A DNA stretch of 61,305 nt, counting the filler. It is 3 parts of 3 records of this genome, joined end to end, with 100 filler letters (N's around TTAATTAATTAA, not from the genome) between each part and the next. Parts side by side here need not be neighbours in the genome. Positions count along the whole stretch, not along the records: positions 25,581 to 57,153 come from SRR20825010_852; 2 more parts are not named here. One strand, written 5' to 3'. This document shows, piece after piece, positions 38,579 to 48,565 of the stretch (positions within the stretch are counted from its first letter, which is position 1; every line of letters begins with the position of its first letter). The notes beneath the pieces were generated by a model. It ran no database searches, was not told where the DNA came from, and was given only the letters and a program-made list of their open reading frames with translations. A program made the translations under genes and the position numbers.

Positions 38579-40524
38579 GATTCCATCTTTTCCGCTTCCA
38601 GGCCCTGCCGGGCCAGATAATCAAAAAACCGTTGCACCACATCCAGCTTACGGGTGCGGGTCATGTTGGGCAGACTGTTGACGAACAACTTGCCATAACT
38701 GCGCGTTAACAGCCGCGGATCCGCCACCACCAGCAAACCGGTGTCTTTCGGATCACGAATCAGCCGCCCGGCCCCCTGACGCAAGGCCAGCACTGCCTGG
38801 GGAAGCTGATAATCACGAAACGCATTACCGCCGTTACGGTTAATGTGCTCAATGCGCGCGGCGGCCACAGGGTCACCGGGAGAGCCAAACGGCAGCTTAT
38901 CAATGATCACACAACTAAGAGCCTCACCACGGACATCAATGCCTTCCCAGAAACTGCTGGTGCCCAACAACACGGCATTGCCCTTCTCTCGGAACGCGTC
39001 CAGTAATTCACGCCGCCCGGACTCGCCCTGCACCAGCAAAGGGTAATCGATCTTCTGGCGCAGAATAGCGGCAGCTTCGCGTAGTGCTCTGTGACTCGTG
39101 AACAGGAAAAAAGTGCGACCTTTAGCCGCATTAATCACCGGCACCATGGCATTGGTAAGCTGCGCGGTGTACTCGCGATCATTCGGTGCCGGCAGGCCTT
39201 CCGGTGCATAGAATACCGCCTGACGCTTGAAATCGAAGGGGCTTTCCAGACGCAGCGTGCGGGCAGAATCCAATCCCAAGCGGTGCTGGATATGTTCAAA
39301 CCGCCCCCCCACCGACAGGGTGGCCGAGGTAAGAATCCAGCTACAAGGATGGCGTTCGCGCTGGGCGCGCAACTGAGCGGCCACAGACAACGGCGTGCTG
39401 TGCAGCACCACGGAACGCTTGAACGTCTCAAACCAATACACCCGGTTGGGCTGGCCGCCTTTCAGGTAGGCCGCCAGGCAATCCACCTGTTCGCTGGCCC
39501 GCCGGGAACAGGCGTCCATACCTCTACTCGCCTTGGCCAACGGTCCGAGGAAGGCGTCCAGCTCCTGCAAGGCCTGCAGCAAGGCTTCCCCGGCTTCAAC
39601 CACCGCCTTGTTTTCGGCCACTTCCGTCCAGGGCTCACGGCGCTCGCCGTCACCCAGACTCAAACGCAAGTCCATACCCCCTTTATCCACGGCGGCAACC
39701 AGGCGATTCAGTTCTGCCAGATCGGCAGCGGTATGCCCGGCTTCCGACAGGCTGTCGCGGCCCAGTTCCTGAATCTGCCGGGTGCTCAGGGTGTCAGCAA
39801 AAAACGCCGCGGCAATTTCAGGCAGTTGATGCGCCTCATCGAAAATCACTGTGTTGGCCGTGGGCAATAATTCAGACGCCGCGCCATTGCCACGCAACGC
39901 GGCATCGGCAAAGAACAGATGATGATTCACCACCACCAGGTCGGCCTCCTGGGCCTCCTTGCGCGCCTTCATCAGCGGGCATTCGTTATATCGGGGACAC
40001 TCAGTGCCCAGGCAATTGTCCGCGGTACTCGTCACCCAGGGCCATACTGGCGCATCTTCAGGGATCTGTTGCAGCTCGGCGATATCACCGGTACGGGTGC
40101 GCCCGGCCCAGTGCGCCACAATCTGCATCTGCCCCACGGTTTCACGGGTGAGAAAACGGGCGTCTTCCTGGTGCAATTCCAGCCGGTACGGACAGAGATA
40201 GTTGGCACGCCCTTTTAACAGCGCCACTTTTCGCGGCAGGTTCATGGCTTTCTTGACCATGGGCAGGTCTTTGAAGAACAGCTGATCCTGCAAGCTCTTG
40301 GTGCCGGTGGACACCAACGTCGGGCCTTCAGACAGCAGTGCAGGCACCAGGTAAGCCAGCGTCTTGCCTGTCCCGGTTTCCGCTTCGACCAGCAAGGTGG
40401 CACCACTGCCAATCACGTCTTCCACCGCATCGGCCATTTCCAGCTGCGGTTCACGCGGCTGGTAGCCAGGCAGGAGCGGCGCAAAGCGCGCTAAATCGGT
40501 AAGATGATTACGGGCGGTAGTCAC
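38575..40524 (-). CDS. yoaA: DinG/YoaA-family Fe-S DNA helicase
   Basis: REPQ Q-motif, TGTGKT, KGRANYLC, cluster cysteines, DEAH, SATL, FWEGID and QGAGRLIR. Likely GTG start at 40524. Confidence 0.9.
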   Translation of the reverse strand: MTTARNHLTDLARFAPLLPGYQPREPQLEMADAVEDVIGSGATLLVEAETGTGKTLAYLVPALLSEGPTLVSTGTKSLQDQLFFKDLPMVKKAMNLPRKVALLKGRANYLCPYRLELHQEDARFLTRETVGQMQIVAHWAGRTRTGDIAELQQIPEDAPVWPWVTSTADNCLGTECPRYNECPLMKARKEAQEADLVVVNHHLFFADAALRGNGAASELLPTANTVIFDEAHQLPEIAAAFFADTLSTRQIQELGRDSLSEAGHTAADLAELNRLVAAVDKGGMDLRLSLGDGERREPWTEVAENKAVVEAGEALLQALQELDAFLGPLAKASRGMDACSRRASEQVDCLAAYLKGGQPNRVYWFETFKRSVVLHSTPLSVAAQLRAQRERHPCSWILTSATLSVGGRFEHIQHRLGLDSARTLRLESPFDFKRQAVFYAPEGLPAPNDREYTAQLTNAMVPVINAAKGRTFFLFTSHRALREAAAILRQKIDYPLLVQGESGRRELLDAFREKGNAVLLGTSSFWEGIDVRGEALSCVIIDKLPFGSPGDPVAAARIEHINRNGGNAFRDYQLPQAVLALRQGAGRLIRDPKDTGLLVVADPRLLTRSYGKLFVNSLPNMTRTRKLDVVQRFFDYLARQGLEAEKMES

Positions 40525-40652
40525 ATAATGTCCCTGAAACGTGTCTGCACTCGGGGCTGGCAAAAACAGGCTGCCAGCATCGCCCAACGCGCGCGCAGAG
40601 CATAGCCGATTCGCCCCCGGAACCCAACGCGAGAGCACCACGAGAAGGCAAT

Positions 40653-41198
40653 ATGGTCGACTATACCTTAATCATTCTGGCCGGCGGACAGGGGCAACGC
40701 ATGGGCGGTGCCGACAAGGGACTGGTGGAGGTAAATGGCAAGCCGCTGGTTGCTCACCTGCTCGATAATCTACTCCCCCGCCCCACCCGCATTGTGATCA
40801 GCGCCAATCGCAATACTGATCGCTATCAAGCCTGGGCCGATCAGGTGGTCGCGGATCGGCGCGACGGTTTTCCCGGGCCACTGGCCGGGTTGGAAGCCGC
40901 TCTGGGGGAAGCCCATGGCCTGTGCCTGTGTCTGCCCTGTGACCTGCTGACCCTGCCCACGACCATGGTTCAGGATTTGTTGGCGGCGGCGTCAATGGAG
41001 CATATTTGCGTTGCCCACGATCCGCTACGCCGCCAACCGCTATGCATGGCCTTCTATACTGAATTCTGGCGAGACTCGCTCAGTAAGTATCTGGATGCGG
41101 GCAAGCGCAGTGCGCACGGCTGGCTGGATCAGGTATGCGTTCACCCGGTGGCCGTAGCCACGCCATTGCAGAATCTGAATCACACACACGACGCGTAA
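40653..41198 (+). CDS. mobA: Molybdenum cofactor guanylyltransferase
   Basis: LAGGQGQRMGGADKGL, ISANRN, GPLAG, PCD and NLN. Confidence 0.88.
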   Translation: MVDYTLIILAGGQGQRMGGADKGLVEVNGKPLVAHLLDNLLPRPTRIVISANRNTDRYQAWADQVVADRRDGFPGPLAGLEAALGEAHGLCLCLPCDLLTLPTTMVQDLLAAASMEHICVAHDPLRRQPLCMAFYTEFWRDSLSKYLDAGKRSAHGWLDQVCVHPVAVATPLQNLNHTHDA

Positions 41199-41248
41199 CA
41201 CTCTCCACGCTACAGGCAGGCATGCTGCGTGTGACGTCTTCCAAAACA

Positions 41249-41275
41249 ACAATGCCCGCACAAGGCGGGCATTGT
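41249..41275. terminator. Hairpin between convergent mobA and SCP2 genes
   Basis: ACAATGCCCGC-ACAAG-GCGGGCATTGT. Confidence 0.7.
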
Positions 41276-41295
41276 CATGGAACGAAAACGCGGTA

Positions 41296-41682
41296 TTACG
41301 CGGTCACGTCCTGGATCTGCTTCATCAGGGCAACCTGATCAGCAGAAGGCTGTGCGGTTTGCAGAGCCATCAGCTTGCTCATGTCGCCTTCAATGCGGAT
41401 CTGGCCGCTCATGAAGCCCTGCATGCCTGCAGACTGGTCACCTTCGATGAAGATGCGCTTGGCCAGGTCGGCCGGCAGGATCATGGTAGTCGGAGCGTCA
41501 GCGTGATGACCTTCTTCGATCATGCCGCCGACCAGAGCCAGCTCTTTGTCGCCACCGTCAGCATTAACAGTGATGTTGATTACCAAGTCAGCCAGTGCCG
41601 CCGGCGCTTCAACATTACCCGCGCCATCGCGGATTTCTTTTACTTTTGCAAACCACTCGTCAGACAGAAATTCCAGGCTCAT
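41296..41682 (-). CDS. SCP2 sterol/lipid-carrier domain protein
   Basis: FLSDEW N-terminus and GMQGFMSGQIRIEGDMSKLM motif. Confidence 0.88.
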   Translation of the reverse strand: MSLEFLSDEWFAKVKEIRDGAGNVEAPAALADLVINITVNADGGDKELALVGGMIEEGHHADAPTTMILPADLAKRIFIEGDQSAGMQGFMSGQIRIEGDMSKLMALQTAQPSADQVALMKQIQDVTA

Positions 41683-41764
41683 TCTTGTTTCTCCTTAAAC
41701 CTATCGATGTGACTTCGACGCCCCCTTTCACAGGGCTGGCACAGGCTTTATTGCTGCTAGCCAA

Positions 41765-41782
41765 TTCAAACGAGCGTTCGAA
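41765..41782. promoter_or_regulatory. PsrA-like operator upstream of SCP2
   Basis: TTCAAAC-GAGC-GTTCGAA versus the PsrA palindrome TTCAAAC-N4-GTTTGAA (one mismatch). Confidence 0.55.
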
Positions 41783-41849
41783 ACTTACCCGTACCTTATA
41801 GAAAGGCTCAAGGGGTGGCAATAGCCGCAGATGAGTCCTTACGGGACAA

Positions 41850-41876
41850 AAAAGCCCGGCAAAATGCCGGGCTTTT
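41850..41876. terminator. Intrinsic terminator after amtB
   Basis: AAAAGCCCGGC-AAAAT-GCCGGGCTTTT. Confidence 0.85.
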
Positions 41877-41907
41877 CGAGCGCCTTAAATCAGACTCAAA
41901 CAGACGA

Positions 41908-43194
41908 TCAGAGGTCGTAGCCACGCTCTTCATGCAGGGCAATATCCAGGCCCTGTGTCTCTTCGTCGCCATCTACACGCAACGGCGCAAACAGGCTTAC
42001 CAGCTTAAGCAGCACCCAGGTCACCACCGCGGTGTAAACAAAGGTGGCCACCACACCCAGCGCCTGGACGCCCAGCTGGTCCAGCATGGTGTACTCCGGC
42101 TTGGCAAAGCCATAACCGGAGAACAGCCCCAACTCGGTGGAGGCAAAAATACCGGCAAACAGGGTACCGAGAATACCGCCCACCCCGTGAACCGGGAACA
42201 CATCCAGGGAATCATCGATTTTCAGCTTGTGCTTGATAAAGATCACCGCATAGAAGCAGATCACACCCGCAGACAAGCCAATCACCAACGCTGCGGCCGG
42301 CCCAACGAAGCCTGACGCCGGGGTAATCGTGCCAAGACCGGCCACCATACCCGTAGCAATGCCCAGCGCGGATGGCTTGCCGAATTTTTTCCATTCCATG
42401 GCCATCCAGGCCAGCGAACCGGCGGCCGCAGAAATGTGCGTCACCAGCATGGCCATGGCTGCATCGCCATTGGCCGCCAGGGCCGAACCACCATTGAAAC
42501 CGAACCAGCCCACCCACAGCATGCCGGCACCGGTCACGGTCATGGTCATGTTGTGCGGCATCATGCCCTGGGTCGGGAACCCTTTACGGTTGCCCAGCAC
42601 CACGGCGGCCACCAGCGCAGCCACACCGGCAGTGATGTGCACCACAGTGCCACCGGCAAAGTCATACAAGCCCAGGTCAGCCAGCCAACCGCCGCCCCAG
42701 ACCCAGTGACACACCGGGATATACACCCCCAGTAGCCAGAGCACGGAAAACGCCAGCATCGGCCCGAAGCGCATGCGCTCGGCAAAGGCACCGACGATCA
42801 GGGCGGGCGTAATGATGGCAAACGTCATCTGGAACAGCCCGTGCAGACTTTTCGGCAAGGTGCCTTCCAGCGTCTCCCGGGTAATCCCGGAAAAGAACAC
42901 ATGATCCAGGCCACCGATCCAGGCATTCATGCTGCCGCCATCGGAAAAGGCCAGGGAATAACCGCAGATCAACCACACCAGCGACACCGCGCAGGTAATA
43001 GCGAAACACTGCATCAACACGGACAGAATGTTCTTGGCCCGCACCAGGCCACCGTAGAACAAGCTCAAGCCCGGCAGCGTCATGAACAGCACCAGCGCGG
43101 TGGCCGTGAGAATCCAGGCGCTATCACCGGTGTCCAGCCCATCGGCCAACGCCAGCGAAGGCAACATCAACAATACCGCTATCAATTTTTTCAT
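41908..43194 (-). CDS. amtB: Ammonium transporter
   Basis: FQMTFAIIT, AERM, DFAGGTVVH, WFGFNGGS and DDSLDVFPVHG (twin His). Confidence 0.96.
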   Translation of the reverse strand: MKKLIAVLLMLPSLALADGLDTGDSAWILTATALVLFMTLPGLSLFYGGLVRAKNILSVLMQCFAITCAVSLVWLICGYSLAFSDGGSMNAWIGGLDHVFFSGITRETLEGTLPKSLHGLFQMTFAIITPALIVGAFAERMRFGPMLAFSVLWLLGVYIPVCHWVWGGGWLADLGLYDFAGGTVVHITAGVAALVAAVVLGNRKGFPTQGMMPHNMTMTVTGAGMLWVGWFGFNGGSALAANGDAAMAMLVTHISAAAGSLAWMAMEWKKFGKPSALGIATGMVAGLGTITPASGFVGPAAALVIGLSAGVICFYAVIFIKHKLKIDDSLDVFPVHGVGGILGTLFAGIFASTELGLFSGYGFAKPEYTMLDQLGVQALGVVATFVYTAVVTWVLLKLVSLFAPLRVDGDEETQGLDIALHEERGYDL

Positions 43195-43205
43195 CGTCGG
43201 GCCCC

Positions 43206-43610
<405 letters not shown>

Positions 43611-43744
43611 TCAAGAATCAGGCCACAAAATAGTGCACGCCATTTCAATTAGTTAGCGATGAATAAAATTCATGTCGCACCACAAAAGAACATCGCACAT
43701 TATTGGCGCACCACGGATGAACACTATTGGCGCCAAAGTGGCGC
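43611..43744 (-). promoter_or_regulatory. Sigma54-like promoter and NtrC-like sites of glnK-amtB
   Basis: Minus-strand TGGCCTGATTCTTGA (43625-43611); NtrC-like GCAC-N7-GCGC (43695-43709) and GCGCCA-AAG-TGGCGC (43730-43744). Confidence 0.6.
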
Positions 43745-43852
43745 AGAAATCCGGCCTTACACCAGGTGGGAAAGCGAATCACGCACCAAAAAACAGCGGG
43801 CGAGCAGCGGCCTGGCAATCGCCGTCGGCACGGAAAAGCAGGCAGGATAGAC

Positions 43853-43880
43853 GCGGGCAACGGGGATATCCGTTGCCCGC
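43853..43880. terminator. Hairpin downstream of cnoX
   Basis: GCGGGCAACGG-GGATAT-CCGTTGCCCGC; no clear U tract. Confidence 0.5.
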
Positions 43881-43902
43881 GGGAAGGAAGTTGGAGGCAG
43901 GC

Positions 43903-44772
43903 TCAGTAAAGGTAGTTGAACATCTTGCGGCGATATTCACTGGCTAAAGGATCGCCTTTGGGAAGGCACTCAAACACTTCCAGCAGCGCACTGCGGGCCA
44001 CACCGTCGCGGAATTCGCGATAATCACGCAGCAGCGTCAGCAGCGACTCAAGCCCCGCTTGAAACTGGCCCGCTGCGGCGGCCTGCAAGCCGTACGCGTA
44101 AAGATCTTCCGGGGTGGGCTTGTCGGCAATACGGGCAGACAGCTCCCCCAGACTCTGCCCGGTCCCTTCCAGCTTTTCCAGTAATGCGAAACGTGCCCGG
44201 AACGGACGTAACGGTTCCGCATCTTCTGTCACTTCCGCCAGCACCGACTGGGCATCATCCAGGCGCCCTTCCCCCAACAGCAACTCCACCAGCAAGGCAC
44301 GAATGGCATGCTTGTCCGGGCTCTGCTCCAGAGTCTGCCGTAGCGCGCCTTCCGCCTGTTCCGTGTGGCCCGCCTCGATGGCCATGCGCACCTGCTCGAT
44401 AAAGCCTTCTTCCTGCTGTTGTTGTGCCGCTTCAGGGTCGACCACCGGTGCCAGCCACTGGCGCAGCGCACCTTCCGTCTGGGCGCCTTCCAGTTCACTA
44501 ACCAATTGCCCCTGATACACCAGTTTCAGGCTGGGCAGGCTGCGCACACCAAACTGACTGGCCAGCATTTGCTGCTCATCTGCATTCACTTTCGCCAGCA
44601 GAACCTTGCCCTGGTATTCATTGACTAACCGCTCCAGGATCGGCGCCATTTGCAAACAGGGCTGGCACCAGCTGGCCCAGAAATCCACGATCACCGGGAT
44701 TTGCTGGGATTGCTCAAGAATTTGCTGAATATTCTGCTCGGTGGCTTCAATGATAGGGCTGTTCGGCTGCAA
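43903..44772 (-). CDS. cnoX: Thioredoxin-TPR chaperedoxin (YbbN/CnoX)
   Basis: VDFWASWCQPC and FGVRSLP, TPR-like C-terminus ending YRRKMFNYLY. Likely TTG start at 44772 after AGGAG. Confidence 0.88.
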   Translation of the reverse strand: MQPNSPIIEATEQNIQQILEQSQQIPVIVDFWASWCQPCLQMAPILERLVNEYQGKVLLAKVNADEQQMLASQFGVRSLPSLKLVYQGQLVSELEGAQTEGALRQWLAPVVDPEAAQQQQEEGFIEQVRMAIEAGHTEQAEGALRQTLEQSPDKHAIRALLVELLLGEGRLDDAQSVLAEVTEDAEPLRPFRARFALLEKLEGTGQSLGELSARIADKPTPEDLYAYGLQAAAAGQFQAGLESLLTLLRDYREFRDGVARSALLEVFECLPKGDPLASEYRRKMFNYLY

Positions 44773-44981
44773 CGCTATGCTCCTGAAAACGCATTCAAAG
44801 TGGCGCCAAGTGTAAGGCATCATCCAGATTAAATCCGGTTAAATCCTGTGCAACTTATGCCATCTGCGCGTTAGACTGAAGGACAGCTGTGCGGTTTGAA
44901 GTTCATGGCGACAGTTTCACGCCCTCTCCATGGCAGCACCCGCATGCTGGAAGGTATTCCACACAGGCAAAGGAGATCACC

Positions 44982-47438
44982 ATGCTTAGCCTATTGGCTA
45001 TTGTGTTGTTAATTGCCACGCTGATGACCCTCTTCTATCAGCAAATCAGCCGAGGCATTGGCAGTGCCGTTTTCGTCATTGTGTGGCTGCTCTGCGGCTT
45101 CCTCGCTTCCTGGCTGTTCCACCCCGTGTCCCTGATTCTGCTCGCCGCCGGCGTGACCGTGCTCAACCACGTGGACCTGCGCCAGAAGTTCATCACCAAA
45201 CCGGTCTACAACGCGCTGGGCAAGGTCATGCCTGCCATTGGCGATACCGAACGCGAAGCCATCGAGGCGGGCACCACCTGGTTCGAAGCCGATCTGTTCT
45301 CCGGCCGTCCGGACTGGGAAAAATTCGCCCATATCCAGTTCACCACGCTCACCGATGACGAGCAGTCGTTCATCGACAACGAAGTGGTGCAATTGTGCGA
45401 CATGCTTGATGAGTGGCAAATTTTCCACGAGTTGCGCGACCTGCCCGAAGAGGTCTGGGATTTCCTCAAGCACAAGGGCTTTTTCAGCCTGATCATTCCC
45501 ACTGAGTACGGCGGCAAAGCGTTCTCGCCCTATGCGCAGAGCCGCATCATGAGCAAGATTGCCACCCGCTCTCTCACCGCTGCGGTTACCGCCATGGTGC
45601 CCAACTCTCTTGGCCCGGGTGAACTGCTGGCTGAATACGGCACCCAGGAACAGAAAGACCGCTGGTTGCCGGGCCTTGCCAAGGGCGACGAGATTCCCTG
45701 CTTTGGCCTTACCGGACCAGAAGCGGGTTCCGACGCCGGCGCCATTCCTGATACCGGGGTGATCTGCAAAGGCAAGATCGACGGCAAGGAAGTACTGGGC
45801 ATGCGCCTGAACTTCGCCAAACGCTGGATCACCCTGGCGCCAGTGGCCACCGTGGTTGGCTTGGCATTCAAGCTCTATGACCCGGAAAAACTGCTCGGTG
45901 ATGAAGAAGATCTGGGCATTACCTGCGCGCTGATTCCCGCCGATACCAAAGGCGTGGAGATCGGCCGCCGGCACTACCCCGGTTCCCCGTTCATGAACGG
46001 CCCCATCAATGGCAAGGATGTGTTCGTGCCTCTCGATGCCATCATTGGCGGCCCGGATATGGCAGGCAAAGGCTGGCGCATGCTGATTGAATGCCTCGGT
46101 GCCGGCCGCGGCGTCTCCCTGCCCGCACTGGCCACCGCCAGTGGCGAAATGGGCTACCGCATGACCGGTGCCTTCGGTCGCATTCGTCGCCAGTTCAATA
46201 CGGCCGTCGGGGAATTCGAGGGCGTACAGGAAGCATCCGCCGATGTGGCCGCGCTGGCCTACACCCTGGAAGCCTATCGCCACCTGGTAACCCGTTCGCT
46301 GGAAGACGGAGCGCCGTCCGTGGTTACCGCCATGGCCAAATACCACGCCACCGAAATGATGCGTGAGCTGATCAACCACGGCATGGATATCGCCGGTGGT
46401 CGCGGCATTCAACTGGGTCCACGCAACTTCCTGGCCTTGCCCTATCAGTCCACCCCCATCGCCATCACCGTGGAAGGCGCCAACATTCTTACCCGCTCGT
46501 TGATGATCTTCGGGCAGGGGGCCATGCGCTGTCATCCGTTCCTCTATGACGAACTGCAAGCCATACAGGCAGAAGACAAGAAGCAGGGGCTGCAGGACTT
46601 CGATGACCTCTTCTTCTCCCATGCAGGCCATACGCTGGGCAACATCAGCAGTGCCATCGTACAGGCGTTGGCGGGCCCTTACCTGTCTGATGCCCCCGGC
46701 AATTCCGATGCGTTCAGCGCTCCCTGGTACCGTCTGGTCAGCCGCTACAGTGCGGTACTGGCCAGCGTCTCGGACATGGCCCTGGCGCTACTGGGCGGCG
46801 ACCTGAAGCGGCGCGAACTGCTGTCCGCCCGCCTGGGTGATGTGCACAGTCAGCTGCTCATTGCCTGTGCCATTCTCAAGTACCACGCCACCCTGCCCCG
46901 CGACGAGGCCAACGATGCCCATGCGCACTATGCGCTGCGACTGGCCTTCAGCCGGGCCCACGATTCCCTGGAAGCGTTCTCGCGCAACTTCGGCTTCTTC
47001 GGCATCGGCCACGTGCTCAAGCGCCTGTTCTTCCCGCTGGGTCGTCCCTGCAAGGCGCAGGCTCCCAGCGACGATCAGATACGCACTCTGGGGCAGATGA
47101 TCATGGAACCCAACTCGGTGCGCGATGCCCTGGCGGAACCGGCCTATATCTCCCAGGATCCGGAAGATTCCATTGGCCGCGTGGAAGCTACCTTCAACAA
47201 GCTGCTGGAAGTAGAACCCGGCTTTCTTGCTTATCTGAAAGCGGAAGGCAAAGGCCAGCTGGAAGGCGAGACCGTACTGGAGAAACTGCAGGATGCGGCC
47301 CGCAAGGGCATCATCAACGAGAGCCAGGTAGACGCCATCAACGAGTACGACGCCATGCGTTACGACTGCCTGCTCACCGACGCCTTCGACAAGGACCTGA
47401 AAGAAGTGAAGGTCCACGCCGAACGGCCAATGATGTAA
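44982..47438 (+). CDS. fadE: Acyl-CoA dehydrogenase, FadE type
   Basis: N-terminal TM, EAIEAGT, VPNSLGPGELL, LTGPEAGSDA, KRWITLAP and ITVEGANILTR. ATG at 44982 after AAGGAG. Confidence 0.93.
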   Translation: MLSLLAIVLLIATLMTLFYQQISRGIGSAVFVIVWLLCGFLASWLFHPVSLILLAAGVTVLNHVDLRQKFITKPVYNALGKVMPAIGDTEREAIEAGTTWFEADLFSGRPDWEKFAHIQFTTLTDDEQSFIDNEVVQLCDMLDEWQIFHELRDLPEEVWDFLKHKGFFSLIIPTEYGGKAFSPYAQSRIMSKIATRSLTAAVTAMVPNSLGPGELLAEYGTQEQKDRWLPGLAKGDEIPCFGLTGPEAGSDAGAIPDTGVICKGKIDGKEVLGMRLNFAKRWITLAPVATVVGLAFKLYDPEKLLGDEEDLGITCALIPADTKGVEIGRRHYPGSPFMNGPINGKDVFVPLDAIIGGPDMAGKGWRMLIECLGAGRGVSLPALATASGEMGYRMTGAFGRIRRQFNTAVGEFEGVQEASADVAALAYTLEAYRHLVTRSLEDGAPSVVTAMAKYHATEMMRELINHGMDIAGGRGIQLGPRNFLALPYQSTPIAITVEGANILTRSLMIFGQGAMRCHPFLYDELQAIQAEDKKQGLQDFDDLFFSHAGHTLGNISSAIVQALAGPYLSDAPGNSDAFSAPWYRLVSRYSAVLASVSDMALALLGGDLKRRELLSARLGDVHSQLLIACAILKYHATLPRDEANDAHAHYALRLAFSRAHDSLEAFSRNFGFFGIGHVLKRLFFPLGRPCKAQAPSDDQIRTLGQMIMEPNSVRDALAEPAYISQDPEDSIGRVEATFNKLLEVEPGFLAYLKAEGKGQLEGETVLEKLQDAARKGIINESQVDAINEYDAMRYDCLLTDAFDKDLKEVKVHAERPMM

Positions 47439-47445
47439 ACCACCG

Positions 47446-47480
47446 GGGCGGGATGGTGCTCACCATTCCGCCCTTCTTTT
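47446..47480 (+). terminator. Intrinsic terminator after fadE
   Basis: GGGCGGGATGGTG-CT-CACCATTCCGCCC followed by TTCTTTT. Confidence 0.8.
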
Positions 47481-47800
47481 CACCCTCTTTACCGCCCTTT
47501 CCTGCTTTTCTCTCCAACCTGCAGTCTCCCTGCCCCCCGGCATGCGCCCAATACTTGCGATGCACAAACATTAACCAGTACGCATTTTCACAAAAAGGCA
47601 ACGCTGCCGTTTTTACCCAAAACGCTGCTTTTTCCAGCAGTTAATCCCCTGCCTGCTCCATCTCACAGAGATTTAACATTCAGATCACCCTTTTGGCGCT
47701 TTTACGCATGGTCGCTTTCGTCTAGTCTTGCCCAAATTACGCCCCACTGGGCCCGGAGCGCCTTTTTGCCTCCCTTTGCCCCTCGGACAACAGGTCAGCA

Positions 47801-48532
47801 ATGACAGCAGTCGTCGAAGAAAAAACCGCAATCGAATTCAAGGGCCGCATGTTGATGATGACGGTCCTCCAGTTGAAAAATCTGGATGCCAATGTCCTCC
47901 ACCAGCAGGTGAGCCAGCGTCTGGAAGACGCCGCCCAGTGGCTACAGGAAGCCCCCGTCGTCATCGATGTAAGCCCGGAGCTGGATAGCGATCCAGTGGC
48001 GCTGATGGCCGCTGTGGATACGCTGCGCAGCCTCGGAGTCAACCTGGTGGCCCTGGCCCGCAGCGAGAACATTGATGCGGACACAGCCAGCATGCTGGGT
48101 CTGGGCACGTTGAGTCTGGCCGGTGGTCGAGATGTGCCCCGCCGCGCCGAACCCGCCCCGGCCACGGACGATACTGCAGCGGAGAGCAAGTCCGCTGCGC
48201 AGCAGGTTGAAACCATGGTCATCGACCAGCCGGTCCGCTCCGGTCAACAGGTCTACAGCCGTGGTGACCTGATCGTGCTCGCGCCGGTGAGCACCGGCGC
48301 AGAAATCATGGCCGACGGCAACATTCATGTGTACAGCAACCTGCGCGGCCGCGCCCTGGCCGGGGTTCGCGGCGATACCAGCGCACGTATTTTTTGCCAG
48401 CAACTGAATGCCGAACTGGTATCCATTGCCGGCCATTATCGGGTGGCCGAAGACCTGCCCGAGTCATACCGTAACCGGCCCGTGCATCTATACATGCAGG
48501 GCGAAGCGATGCATTTTACCGCGCTGAACTAG
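47801..48532 (+). CDS. minC: Septum site-determining protein MinC
   Basis: EFKG, PVRSGQQVY, GAEIMADGNIHVY, LRGRALAG and AELVSIAG. Confidence 0.95.
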   Translation: MTAVVEEKTAIEFKGRMLMMTVLQLKNLDANVLHQQVSQRLEDAAQWLQEAPVVIDVSPELDSDPVALMAAVDTLRSLGVNLVALARSENIDADTASMLGLGTLSLAGGRDVPRRAEPAPATDDTAAESKSAAQQVETMVIDQPVRSGQQVYSRGDLIVLAPVSTGAEIMADGNIHVYSNLRGRALAGVRGDTSARIFCQQLNAELVSIAGHYRVAEDLPESYRNRPVHLYMQGEAMHFTALN

Positions 48533-48565
48533 CGTGCATGAAACATGGAAGGTAAGGAGAAGAGC

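Noticed and set aside
38575..40524. DinG helicase as a type IV CRISPR or defence component
   Set aside because: It is in the standard housekeeping yoaA-tsaB arrangement.
41737..41754. TGGCACAGGCTTTATTGC as a sigma54 promoter
   Set aside because: The -24/-12 spacing is 3 nt too long and it points away from SCP2.
45009..46631. 540-aa antisense ORF over fadE, and similar ones over minD, plsB and yoaA
   Set aside because: Typical GC-rich antisense shadows of well-conserved genes, with no domain motifs.
47600..47635. AACGCTGC direct repeat upstream of minC
   Set aside because: Only two short copies, and no regulator can be assigned.
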